Source of the DNA: Gemmatimonadales bacterium
GTDB lineage: Bacteria > Gemmatimonadota > Gemmatimonadetes > Gemmatimonadales > GWC2-71-9
Direction: 5' to 3'
Length of the DNA: 64,000 nt
Assembly (NCBI GenBank): GCA_039915685.1
Contig: JBDSMU010000069.1
Location: forward strand, 2,394-66,393
Made by a program: the position numbers and the translations under genes. The notes under the pieces are model-generated. The model worked only from the letters and a program-made list of their open reading frames with translations, ran no database searches and was not told where the DNA came from. Of the stretch, positions 35,494 through 46,000 are shown piece by piece (positions within the stretch are counted from its first letter, which is position 1; each line of letters begins with the position of its first letter).

Positions 35494-37595
35494 CGAGACT
35501 CCACAGTGAGGGTGGTCATCATGCCGCTTTCAACGTGTTCGGCGATGTGGCAGTGCAGCATCCAGCGGCCGGGATTGTCGAACTCCACGAGGATGTCGGC
35601 GACGGCGCCCGCGGGAAGGAGTATGGTGTCCTTCCACACCCGCGCGGCCGGTGCGACGCCATTGACGGACAGCACCATGAACCGCTGGCCGTGCAAATGA
35701 ATCGGGTGATGCATCGCGTGCACCGAGCCACGCTGGTTCACCAGCCGAATGCGGCGGCGGTCACCCTGCCGGACCCGGTAGTCGATTGCCTCGTTCTCGC
35801 GGCCGCTTGCGACGTCGCGGACGAACCAGTGCGCTTGCGAGCCGGTGGTCGCCCAGTTCATCCCCACCATCGTGCCGCTCCACTCGACCGGATGGAAGTA
35901 CGCCGAATCGAGAAGCATCATGCGGGACGTCACGTACGGGAGGTCGGTCATCCGAACACCGAACGCCAATGTGAGGTCGGGTTCGCCCGTCGGCACGGTG
36001 AGCGGAACCGTTGCCGTCGATCGCGATACCGGCGCTTCCGCGCGCGCTGACCCACCCACCCGCACCACACCCAGCGTGTCGACCTGGGGGATGAACCGTC
36101 CGAAGACATGGTCCAGCGCCCGCACCCGATTCTCCACCGCTGCCACCCCGCCACCGAACGTGACGTCCACCGCATACCGCTCGGCGGGCGCGATCACGAC
36201 GCTCTCCACCGGTACCGGTTGATCATACGCCCCGAGATCGGATGCCACCAGTCGCATCGTCGCATTGGTGACGGAAAGGTTGAAGGTGCGGGTGTTGGCG
36301 GCGTTGGTGAACCAGAACCGGACCGTCTCCCCAGCACGAGCCGAGCCGGCCCATCGGGGCTCGCCATTGACGAGGAAGACGTTGCCGAATCGCCCCATCA
36401 ACGCGTGTGTCGCGTGTTCGGCACCGAACGGGACCAACCCATCCTCACCCACGAGCAGATCGTCGAGCATCACAATCTCCTCGCGCCCGGTGGCCGGGGC
36501 AGACCGTACCAGAATGTTGCCCGCGAGGCCGAGGTCCTGCTGCATGTCCTCGCGCACATGGGGGTGGTACCAGTACACACCGTCATCGGGGAAGGTGAGC
36601 GTGTAGGTGAAGTGCCCTCCCGGCGGGACCGGCTCTTGCGACAGGTGCGGCACGCCATCCATCCGCCAGTCGAGGCGCAGGCCGTGCCAGTGCACCGTCG
36701 TGGGCACATCAAGCGCGTTGGTGAACTGCACAGTCACCGTGGCGCCACGCGTGACTGAGAGCAACGGTCCTGGCGACTCACCGTTGAAGGCGTACATCGT
36801 GTACTCACGGCCGTGGATCTGGCGCTGCACGCGACCCGCAACCAGCGACAGCGTGTCGCCGTTCGCGAGACGCAGCACCGTCGAACGTCGCGACGTGACG
36901 GCCAATCCTGCCGGAGCGGGAAGCATTGGCGCAACGGGCGGGCGAAGTGCCATTTCCGACGGCAGCATCGCGATGCCGGCGGGCATTGGCACCCCGGGCC
37001 ATCGGAGCGGGTCGCCCGGCTTGCCAGCGGCGTGATCGTGCCCGGTCATCGTGTCGGCGTTGCCGGTGACCGCCAGGGCAAACTGTTGGATGTCCGGCGG
37101 CTGGAGCCGCGTGCTCGGGCTCCCGCCCCGCAACACGATCCGGCCGGTGCGCTCCCGTACCTCCGCCGAGGACTCCGCGCTCACGACGATCACGAACTGG
37201 TCGAACTCGACGGGTGAGAGCACGCTCGAACCATTGGTGACCGCGCCGAGATTCACGAACTCGGCGTAGCGCGGCGTCGTCACCCACGCAACGTACGTAG
37301 TCGCGGTCGAATCGAGCACGGAAGGTTGCGGGAGTCCGGCAATCACGATCGTGGGCCGATACCGCTGCACACCATCGCGCGTGACGCTGATCGTGAACGG
37401 ACCGGGCACGAAATCGAGCACCACGTGCCCGGAGACTGAGTCGACACCGGGGGCCGCGATGAGATGGATGCAGTAGAGATCGGGACTGGCCGAATCAGGC
37501 AGCGGTTCGGTGCAACGGTCGCCAGGCCCAGCGCCGGGGCTCCACGCCAGTGCGGCGAGCACGAAACATCCAACGGCCCGCGCATTCAACCGCAC
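35490..37595 (-). CDS. Multicopper oxidase with an extra ~200-aa N-terminal domain
   Basis: Copper sites VHWHGL, YWYHPH, HPIHLHG, MLHCHIAEHVESGMM. ATGA overlap with the downstream gene. Confidence 0.9.
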   Translation of the reverse strand: MRLNARAVGCFVLAALAWSPGAGPGDRCTEPLPDSASPDLYCIHLIAAPGVDSVSGHVVLDFVPGPFTISVTRDGVQRYRPTIVIAGLPQPSVLDSTATTYVAWVTTPRYAEFVNLGAVTNGSSVLSPVEFDQFVIVVSAESSAEVRERTGRIVLRGGSPSTRLQPPDIQQFALAVTGNADTMTGHDHAAGKPGDPLRWPGVPMPAGIAMLPSEMALRPPVAPMLPAPAGLAVTSRRSTVLRLANGDTLSLVAGRVQRQIHGREYTMYAFNGESPGPLLSVTRGATVTVQFTNALDVPTTVHWHGLRLDWRMDGVPHLSQEPVPPGGHFTYTLTFPDDGVYWYHPHVREDMQQDLGLAGNILVRSAPATGREEIVMLDDLLVGEDGLVPFGAEHATHALMGRFGNVFLVNGEPRWAGSARAGETVRFWFTNAANTRTFNLSVTNATMRLVASDLGAYDQPVPVESVVIAPAERYAVDVTFGGGVAAVENRVRALDHVFGRFIPQVDTLGVVRVGGSARAEAPVSRSTATVPLTVPTGEPDLTLAFGVRMTDLPYVTSRMMLLDSAYFHPVEWSGTMVGMNWATTGSQAHWFVRDVASGRENEAIDYRVRQGDRRRIRLVNQRGSVHAMHHPIHLHGQRFMVLSVNGVAPAARVWKDTILLPAGAVADILVEFDNPGRWMLHCHIAEHVESGMMTTLTVESR

Positions 37596-37604
37596 GTCAT
37601 GCCC

Positions 37605-38531
37605 CTACCGTGGTTCGGCACCGAACAGGAGCATCAGCGTTTGCGGGTCAACCGGCTTCACCCAGTGATCGTCGAAGCCCACCTCGCGAGAGAGCTTGCG
37701 GGCCTCGTCCTGACCCCAGCCCGTGAGGGCCACAAGCCGGAGACCATTGTGGTTGTCGCGCTGTCGCATCTGGCGCGCGACTTCGTACCCGTCCATCCCC
37801 GGCATCCCGATGTCGAGCAGCGCGGCGTGTGGGCGAAACGTGTCGAGCGCATCAAGGGCGCCGGCACCGTCGTACACCACACGCACCGTCGCGCCCATCA
37901 ATTCGAGGATTGTGCCGAGACTGTCGGCGGCGTCACGGCTGTCATCCACCACCATGATGCGACGTTCTGCGCCACCCATCTGAGGAATCGACGGATGCGA
38001 TCCCGTGTCCCGCACCGTGGAAGGGTTCAGATCGGCATCGGCATCGGCATCGGCACCCGCCATCGCCACGAGCGCGTCGCCCGACAACCGGAAGTCAGTC
38101 CAGCCGTGTGTCGGCTCCGCGCCGATCGAGTGATAGAATCCGATCGCGAGTTCATTCCAGTCGAGGACCGACCATTTGATCCGCGCACAGCCGCGTTCCT
38201 GCGCAATGGACGCAATCCGCCCCAGCAGGCGCTTGCCCACGCCGTGCCCCCGGAACACGGGATCGACGAAGAGATCCTCCAGCCAGATACCCCGTTTTGC
38301 CAGGAAGGTCGAGTAATTGTGGTGGAAGAGTGCGAACCCTGCCGGTGCGCCGTCCACCTCGGCAATCAGCACCTCCGCCGCCGGTTCGGCGCCGAATAAT
38401 GACTCCCGCACCCCTGCCTCGGTTGCAACGCATTGGTCGCCAAGCTTCTCATACTGGGCGAGCCCCGCAATGAACCGTCGGATCACCGGTACGTCGGACA
38501 CTGTTGCGTTCCGGACCACGGGCTCCGTCAT
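37605..38531 (-). CDS. GNAT N-acetyltransferase (diamine/SSAT-like) fused to a C-terminal receiver domain
   Basis: GNAT core IWLEDLFVDPVFRGHGVGKRLL. Linker GADADADADLN. REC IMVVDDS..ALLDIGMPGMDG..ALTGWG..VKP. Confidence 0.85.
   Translation of the reverse strand: MTEPVVRNATVSDVPVIRRFIAGLAQYEKLGDQCVATEAGVRESLFGAEPAAEVLIAEVDGAPAGFALFHHNYSTFLAKRGIWLEDLFVDPVFRGHGVGKRLLGRIASIAQERGCARIKWSVLDWNELAIGFYHSIGAEPTHGWTDFRLSGDALVAMAGADADADADLNPSTVRDTGSHPSIPQMGGAERRIMVVDDSRDAADSLGTILELMGATVRVVYDGAGALDALDTFRPHAALLDIGMPGMDGYEVARQMRQRDNHNGLRLVALTGWGQDEARKLSREVGFDDHWVKPVDPQTLMLLFGAEPR
38031..38054. repeat. Hexanucleotide microsatellite (ATCGGC)x4 encoding (Ala-Asp)4 in the GNAT-REC linker
   Basis: Read directly: atcggc atcggc atcggc atcggc. 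In frame on the minus strand as GCC GAT x4. Confidence 0.9.
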
Positions 38532-38540
38532 GGGACCTGC

Positions 38541-39617
38541 TCAGCGAAGGATGAGCGATGCGCCCGCCCATCCGAGGGCCAGCGCGAGGGAGATCAGCTT
38601 TCCAGCCCTGGTCCACCAAGGCCAGGAGAGGGTCATGCCGAGAACCACCATGACGCTGAGGATCACGACGAGCGGAAAGACCTCCGCCACGACTGGATCA
38701 GGCGCCCCGCGCACCAGCAGCGATCTCGCGATCATTCCTGCTGCCAGGCACGCGGCCGTAATACCCAGGGCCTCGAAAAGCTGCCGTGCGGTCCGGGAAG
38801 GTGTCATCTGGCGAATCGATCGCCGCCACGACACTGCGAGCAGCGCGATGACAATCAGCGTCATGTCGGCGACGATCAGCCATCGCAACCCCCCTGCCTT
38901 TACCCCCGGCGCCAGATGGTCGCCCAGGACACGGCCGATCGCGCCGAGCGCCCCGTCGATGTGCCCCCTCCAGCCCAATGATACGCCAGACGGCCATGCG
39001 TCAGTTCCCACCCACGGGAGTACCGCGATTGCCACCGCCAAGGGTGCCAGTGCGAGCGCCACCCGACGCCAGCGTCTGCGGCCACGCCGCTGGGCGTGGA
39101 GCACTGTCCAGATTCCCGCAGCGATGGGCAGCCCAATTGCCGTCGGCGAGATGAAGACCGCCATCACCGCCGCAAGGCCACCATATGCGAACGAGAATCG
39201 GGGCGCGTGCACCATCACCGCGATCATGAAAAGCATCACGGCGAGGAGCGGGGGCCCGCGCACCGATTCTCGGTGCACCTCGACGAACGCGGGAAGGAGC
39301 ACTAGCGTCAGCGCGCCCACCACTCCTGCCAGCCGGCCCGCCGCCGCTTCGAGCAACGAGAGAACGAGGGCGCCAGTGACGCCCGCGGCGAGCGCGGGAA
39401 GGAGCGGTCCGACCAGGGCCGACGCCGGCCCGTCGAGGCCGACCACATAGAACACGTCGCTACGCCGCGCGATCCACCACACCAATGCCGCTGTAACAAC
39501 GAAGGCGGTCAACGGACGGCGGATGGCGGTTAGCGAGCGTTGCTGGACGGGTACCAGCGTCCCCCCGTCCGCGCCATCTCCTCGAGCACGGGTGCCGGTG
39601 TGAAGCGTGGCCCGCAA
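38541..39617 (-). CDS. Polytopic membrane protein, hypothetical
   Basis: Eight or more hydrophobic segments. The listed ATG 39617 overlaps the fadJ 3' end by 88 nt, so a TTG at 39512 (18 nt past the fadJ stop) is a plausible alternative start. Confidence 0.5.
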   Translation of the reverse strand: MRATLHTGTRARGDGADGGTLVPVQQRSLTAIRRPLTAFVVTAALVWWIARRSDVFYVVGLDGPASALVGPLLPALAAGVTGALVLSLLEAAAGRLAGVVGALTLVLLPAFVEVHRESVRGPPLLAVMLFMIAVMVHAPRFSFAYGGLAAVMAVFISPTAIGLPIAAGIWTVLHAQRRGRRRWRRVALALAPLAVAIAVLPWVGTDAWPSGVSLGWRGHIDGALGAIGRVLGDHLAPGVKAGGLRWLIVADMTLIVIALLAVSWRRSIRQMTPSRTARQLFEALGITAACLAAGMIARSLLVRGAPDPVVAEVFPLVVILSVMVVLGMTLSWPWWTRAGKLISLALALGWAGASLILR

Positions 39618-41671
39618 CTCACCACGAGTCGCTCAAGCCGAGCCACCACCTCGGCGGCTCCCATGCCGTCCAACGTGCGCAACGGCCCGCCCCGGAATGG
39701 CGGATAACCGATCCCGAACACCGCGCCGATGTCGGCGTCGCGCGGCGTCCGCACCACGCCCTCGCTCATCGCGAGCGCCGCCTCATTGAGCATCGCGAAC
39801 ACGAGTCGGTCCTGCACCCGCTGCTCATCGACCTCACCCTGCGGACGCACGCCCAGCAACTGGAAGACGCTGGCATCGGCACCGCTTTTGTGCCCATCCT
39901 TGTAGAAATAGAAGCCTCGCCCGTTCTTGCGCCCCATCCGATCGTCGGAGCGCATCACGCTGATCACGCGTGAAGGCGCGAGTCGATCGCCAAACGCCTC
40001 GTGCATCACCTTTCCCGCTTTCTCGGCCACGTCGAGTCCGACTTCATCGAACAACGCCGCTGGCCCGACCGGGAAGCCCCAGTTGGTCATCACCCGGTCG
40101 AGCACCTCGATCGGTATGCCATCCTCAAGGAGGAAGCCCGCCTCGTTGAGGTATGGGGACAGGATGCGATTCACCCAGAACCCAGGCGAATCAGCCACGA
40201 CGATCACGGTCTTCCCCATCCGGCGTCCGAACTGCACCGCCGTCACGAGCGCATCGACACTTGTATGGTCCGTCGGAATGACCTCAAGGAGTGGCATCCG
40301 CGCCACCGGCGAGAAGAAGTGCATCCCCAGCACGCGCTCGCCATGCCGTGCGGCGGCGGCAATCTCACCGATCGGGATCGTCGAGGTGTTGGTGCCGATC
40401 ACGGTGGTGGCTGGGACCGCTGCTTCGATTTCGGCGAGCACCTGGCGCTTGACACCGAGTTCCTCGAATACCGCCTCGATGACCAGTTCGGTGCGCGCGA
40501 AGCCGTCGTAGCCACCGGTGCCGGAGATGAGCGCCTTTTGGCGCTCGAATTCCCAGCGTGTCAATCGGCGGCGCTTGAGTCGCTCGGCCAGCACATCGAC
40601 CGCGACCTTCACACCGCGCCCCACGCGCGACAGGTCGGAGTCTTTCATCCGAACCTCGACGCCGGCCACCAGTGCCGCAGTGCCGGCGATACCGGCGCCC
40701 ATGAATCCGCTGCCGATTACGCCGAGACGGTGCACGGGACGTGCGCGACCGGTTCCTGAGGGGACACCATCATCCTTCTTGAGCGCATTGGTCGCGAAGA
40801 AGATCTCGACCAGGCGTTGGGAGACATCGGTCATGGCGAGTTCGCCGAACGCCTGCGCCTCGGCCACGAGCCCCTTTGTTATACCCTCTTCCATCGAACA
40901 ACGCACCACCTCGATCGCACGCGGCAACGCTGGGTAATTGCCTCCCGACTTGGCGTCTACACTTTCGCGCGCCTTGCGATACACCACCATCCGACCGATT
41001 GGCGTGCCGTCAATTGCGGCGGCCACGAACCCGCGTCCGCCTCGCTTGGGCGACCATCCACCGGCGATGCGTTCGGCCGCGGCAAGCACTGTGTCGAGCA
41101 GTATCGACTCGGGAACCATCTCGTCGACCAGCCCGATTCGCAGTGCCTTGCGCGCCGCCACCGGCTTGCCAGTGAGGATCATATCGAGCGCCGCCCGTGC
41201 GCCCACGAGGCGCGGCAGGCGATTCGAGCCGCCGGCACCCGGGATCAACCCGAGCTGCGTCTCGGGAAGGCCGAGGTTGGTCTTCGTATGATCCGTGGCG
41301 ACACGATAGCGGCAGGCGAGTGCGAGTTCGAGCCCGCCGCCCATACATGCGCCGTGGATCGCGGCGATCACCGGTGTCTTCGAGTCGGCCACGGCCTGCA
41401 TCAGAAGTTGCCCGTCTTTCGAGAGCCGCACCGCTTCCTCGACCGAACGGAGTTGCAGGAACTCCTCGATGTCGGCGCCGGCGATGAACGTGTCGGGTTT
41501 ACCCGACCGCAGCACGATGGCGTGCACCTGCTCGTTGGCATCGAGCACCCGCAGGAGTTCCTCGAGTTCCCAACCCACGGCCTTGCTCAGTTTGTTGACC
41601 GACTCGAACGGGAGGTCGAAGGTGACGATCGCGGTGCGGTCGCGATACTCGGTACGAAACGCGGCGGTCAT
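39530..41671 (-). CDS. fadJ: Bifunctional enoyl-CoA hydratase / 3-hydroxyacyl-CoA dehydrogenase (FadB/FadJ type)
   Basis: Crotonase N-terminal half (IAAIHGACMGGGLELALAC), NAD-binding GVIGSGFMGAGIA, C-terminal HCDH domains. ATG 41671 overlaps the thiolase stop (ATGA). Confidence 0.9.
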   Translation of the reverse strand: MTAAFRTEYRDRTAIVTFDLPFESVNKLSKAVGWELEELLRVLDANEQVHAIVLRSGKPDTFIAGADIEEFLQLRSVEEAVRLSKDGQLLMQAVADSKTPVIAAIHGACMGGGLELALACRYRVATDHTKTNLGLPETQLGLIPGAGGSNRLPRLVGARAALDMILTGKPVAARKALRIGLVDEMVPESILLDTVLAAAERIAGGWSPKRGGRGFVAAAIDGTPIGRMVVYRKARESVDAKSGGNYPALPRAIEVVRCSMEEGITKGLVAEAQAFGELAMTDVSQRLVEIFFATNALKKDDGVPSGTGRARPVHRLGVIGSGFMGAGIAGTAALVAGVEVRMKDSDLSRVGRGVKVAVDVLAERLKRRRLTRWEFERQKALISGTGGYDGFARTELVIEAVFEELGVKRQVLAEIEAAVPATTVIGTNTSTIPIGEIAAAARHGERVLGMHFFSPVARMPLLEVIPTDHTSVDALVTAVQFGRRMGKTVIVVADSPGFWVNRILSPYLNEAGFLLEDGIPIEVLDRVMTNWGFPVGPAALFDEVGLDVAEKAGKVMHEAFGDRLAPSRVISVMRSDDRMGRKNGRGFYFYKDGHKSGADASVFQLLGVRPQGEVDEQRVQDRLVFAMLNEAALAMSEGVVRTPRDADIGAVFGIGYPPFRGGPLRTLDGMGAAEVVARLERLVVSCGPRFTPAPVLEEMARTGGRWYPSSNAR

Positions 41672-42966
41672 GCCACACGCTCCAACACCATCGCGTATCC
41701 CATACCGCCCTGCGCGCAAATGGAAACGAGGCCGAACTCCACATCGCGGCGCACCATCTCGTTGGCCAGCGTGGTGACGATGCGCGCACCGGTTGCAGCA
41801 AACGGGTGACCGATCGCAATGCTGCCGCCCATCACGTTGGTCCGGCTCCAGTCGACCTCACCGACAGCACCACTGAGTCCGAGTCGGCGGGCCCATTCGG
41901 TCGAACCCCAGGCCTGCACGTTCGACAGGACCTGCGAGGCGAATGCCTCGTGAATCTCCACGAGTCCGAGATGCTGCCAGGTGATGCCTGCACGTCGCAG
42001 TGCAGTCGGCACTGCATACGCTGGCCCCATCAACAATTGCCAACCGGGATCGACCGCTGCCACCGCATAGCTCCGCACTGCCACCAGCGGGCGATAACCA
42101 AGCGCAGCGGCCTTCTCCTCGCTCATCATGATCACCGTCGCGGCGCCGTCGGTGAGTGGCGATGCGTTGCCAGCGGTCACGCTGCCGTAACGTCGGTCGA
42201 AGACCGGCTTGAGCGTCGACAGTTGTTCCAGAGTGGTGTCGGAACGGATCAGGTTGTCGCTGCTCACAACCTGGTCCATGTCACGACCGCCAAACCACGG
42301 GACGATCTCGTCGGTGAGGCGGCCATCTGCAGTGCCTGCCGCGGCGCGCTGGTGACTCATCAGTGCGAAGGCATCCTGGTCCTGGCGAGAGATGCCGTTC
42401 TCTTTCGCCATTTTCTCTGCCGACTGCCCCATCGACTCGCCGGTCGACGGCTCGGCGATCGCCGGTGACACCGGCTTGAGATCGCGAGGCCGGACGGCCG
42501 CGAACGCGCTGAGGCGCGCGCCCAGTGACCGTGCCTTGCTGGCCGCCACAAGCGACCGAGAAAATCGGCGAGTGTGCAGGATCGGCACGTCGGATAGCGT
42601 CTCGACACCGCCCGCCAGGATCACGTCGGCGTGCCCCGCGATGATCTGGTCGGTGGCATTGCAGATCGCCTGGGCACCCGACGCACACGCGCGGTTGAGC
42701 GAGTAGCCAGGTACGGTGCGCGGCATCTGCGGCAACAGCGCGATCTCACGCGCGACGTTGCCGACCAGCGGCGACACCACGACCTGTCCGTAGATGACCT
42801 CATCCACCTCGTTGCCCGGTAGCTCGGTGCGGTAGAGCAGTTCCCGGGTACAGTGACGGGCCAAGTCGGTGGCGGAGGCATCGACGAGTGTGGTGCCGGC
42901 CTTGGCAAAGGGCGTGCGGAGGCCGGCGATGACAACTGCTCGGCGGCCGGGGCGCGGGGTGATCAT
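41668..42966 (-). CDS. fadI: Acetyl-CoA C-acyltransferase (thiolase, FadA/FadI type)
   Basis: Active-site LNRACASGAQAI, C-terminal GGSIAIGHPFAATG and CAQGGMG. Confidence 0.9.
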   Translation of the reverse strand: MITPRPGRRAVVIAGLRTPFAKAGTTLVDASATDLARHCTRELLYRTELPGNEVDEVIYGQVVVSPLVGNVAREIALLPQMPRTVPGYSLNRACASGAQAICNATDQIIAGHADVILAGGVETLSDVPILHTRRFSRSLVAASKARSLGARLSAFAAVRPRDLKPVSPAIAEPSTGESMGQSAEKMAKENGISRQDQDAFALMSHQRAAAGTADGRLTDEIVPWFGGRDMDQVVSSDNLIRSDTTLEQLSTLKPVFDRRYGSVTAGNASPLTDGAATVIMMSEEKAAALGYRPLVAVRSYAVAAVDPGWQLLMGPAYAVPTALRRAGITWQHLGLVEIHEAFASQVLSNVQAWGSTEWARRLGLSGAVGEVDWSRTNVMGGSIAIGHPFAATGARIVTTLANEMVRRDVEFGLVSICAQGGMGYAMVLERVA

Positions 42967-43030
42967 CCCCGAAAGCTAAGGGGAACCGGGGATCGCGCGA
43001 GAGCGGTCGTGTATCTTTGCACCGTTACCC

Positions 43031-46000
43031 ATGAGGGAGCTTGTCGTGGCAGCGATCGATCCCGAGCAGCCAGAATTCGGCATCCCCGCCGAGGCGGTGT
43101 ACACCGCGGTGCTCGAAGCCCAGTCCGCCGTTGCATTCGAGGCCGTGCCAACGAGCAATGGCTCGGGGCCCATCGCGGCGGCACCCGCCGCGCCGCCCAG
43201 CCCGCCTGCACCGCCGGTGCCCGAGGGCGCGGTCCAGCTCAAGGGGCCACCGCTTCGGTTGGCGCAAAACATGGACGCATCGCTCTCGATGCCCACCGCC
43301 ACAACCTTCCGCGAGCTGCCGGTCCAGGCACTCGAGGCCCGTCGAGCCGAGATCAACGCCGCCCTGAAAGCAGCGGGTCGAAGCGAGAAGCTGTCATTCA
43401 CCCATCTGATCGCGTGGGCGCTGGTGCGCGGCAGCCGTGAGTTCCCGGTTATGGGCACAAGCGTGCTGCAGTCTGGCGGCAGCACCTACCGGATCGATCC
43501 GAAGCACGTGAACCTCGGGTTGGCCGTCGACGTCGAACGGAAGGATGGCTCGCGGGGCCTGGTGGTCCCGGTTCTCAAACAGGCCGACACGATGGACTTC
43601 GCCGGATTTCTCGCCGCGTACGAGACGATCGTCGACAAGGCGCGCAACAACCGGCTGATGCCCGACGATTTCGCCGGCGCCACCATGACGCTTACCAACC
43701 CGGGAGGGCTGGGCACGGTGGGCTCCGTGCCACGGCTGATGATGGGACAGGGAACGATCTTCGCCACCGGCGCGATCGCCTTCCCACCGGCCTTCGCCAC
43801 CGCCGACATGGCCACAATTCGCCAGCTCGGCATTTCCAAGGTGATGATGCTCACCAGCACCTACGATCACCGCGTGATTCAGGGTGCCGAATCGGGGAGC
43901 TTCCTGCGGCTCGTCGAACAGTTGCTACGCGGCGAACAGGCCTTCTACGAAGAAGTTGCCGGCTCGATCGGGATCGCCCTCGGATCGACTTCAGCCGCCA
44001 CACCGGTAACTCCGCCTGCGCAGCCGATCGTGCTCACCCCCGGTTCCGCCGTTGCCACCACGGCGCAGGTCGACGCCGTCGCCGCGGCGATGATGCTTGT
44101 CAACGCGTATCGCACTCACGGGCACCTTGCCGCATCGCTCGACCCGCTCGGTACCGACCCGGTGGGCGATCCGGCGCTTGATCCTGCATCGGTCGGCCTG
44201 ACTCCGGAGCTGATGGCGGCGATACCAGCTGCGCCGCTGCGGGTGGCGGTCCCGGGGACCACCCTGGCTGATGCGTTGGCAAACCTTCGCGCCACCTACT
44301 GCGGAACGATCGCCTACGAAGTCGAGCACATCGCGTCGCACGAGCGCCGTGCATGGCTGCGCGAGCAGATCGAGTCAGGGGCCAATCGTGTCAGGCTGAG
44401 CGACGACGACAAGAAGGCAGTACTCACCCGGCTCACCCAGGTCGAGGGCCTCGAACGCTTTCTCGGCAAGGCATATCTCGGGCAGAAACGGTTCTCGATC
44501 GAAGGCGTCGACATGATGGTGCCGATGCTCGACCGCGCCTTCGAGATCGCCTCCGAGGCGGGAGTGCGCGACGTGGTGCTGGGCATGGCCCACCGCGGGC
44601 GGCTCAACGTGCTATCACACACGGTCGGTCGTCCGTATGAAACGCTCTTCGCGGAGTTCGAGGGTGCACGGCATGAATCACAGACGTCTGCACCGGATGG
44701 TGGCACCGGCGACGTGAAATATCACGCCGGTGCATCGGGTGCGTTCGCGGCGCGAAACGGCAAGTCGCTGGGCGTGACGCTGCTGCCCAACCCGAGTCAC
44801 CTGGAGTTCGTCGGTGCCGTGGTGGACGGCCGCACCCGCGCGCTGCAGACCAACCGTCGCGGACGCGATGCGCATTTCGACTCGACGATCGCGCTGCCGG
44901 TAGTGATCCACGGCGATGCGGCATTCCCGGGGCAAGGTATCGTGGCCGAGACGCTCAACCTGGGAGGACTGGAAGGCTACCGCACGGGCGGCACGGTGCA
45001 CCTGATAGCCAACAATCAGGTTGGCTTCACCACCGATCCGGGCGAGGCCCGTTCGACCCGATATGCGTCTGACCTCGCCAAGGGATTCGACATCCCGATC
45101 ATCCACGTCAACGCCGACGACCCCGAGGCATGCCTCTCGGCGATCGAGCTCGCGATGGCATATCGCATCACTTTCCACGACGACGTGGTGATCGACCTTG
45201 TCGGCTATCGCCGCCATGGGCACAACGAGGGCGATGAGCCCAGCTACACCCAGCCGACGATGTACAATCGGATTCGTGACCTGCCAACGGTGCGAGAGCG
45301 CTACGCCACAGCGCTTGAGGCGGATGGTACGATCGCCGCTGGTGAGGGCGATGTGATGGCCGAGGCGACGTACCAGAACTTCGTCGAGATCCAAACATCG
45401 TTCAAGGCGTCGCTGGCCAGCAATCGCCCGCGCGAAGAGACGCCGCGCGAACCCGGTTCGGTCGAATACACCGATACTGCTGTTGACGCAGAAACGCTCA
45501 CGGCACTCAACGAGCAACTGCTGGCGTTTCCGGCAGGGTTCGCGGTACATCCCAAGCTCGCCCGCCAGCTCGAACGGCGGCGGGGTACGCTGCAGGATGC
45601 ACACGGAATCGAATGGGGCCACGCCGAGGCCCTGGCGTTCGCCTCACTCCTCGTGGAGGGCACACCGCTCCGACTCACCGGGCAGGATGTGCAGCGTGGC
45701 ACGTTCTCGCACCGGCATTTGATGCTGCACGACGTGAACACCAATGCCCAGTGGGCACCGCTGCAGTCACTGCCAGGCGCGCAAGCACCGATCGAGGCGT
45801 ACAACTCACCGCTCTCCGAGTTGGCCGCTATCGGCTTCGAGTATGGCTATGCAACCGCAGCGCCCGAAGCCTTGGTGCTGTGGGAGGCGCAGTTCGGCGA
45901 CTTTGTCAACGGCGCGCAGGTGATGCTCGACCAGTTCGTGGCGGCCGGATACAGCAAATGGGGCGTCACGTCACGCCTCACGCTGTTGCTGCCCCATGGC

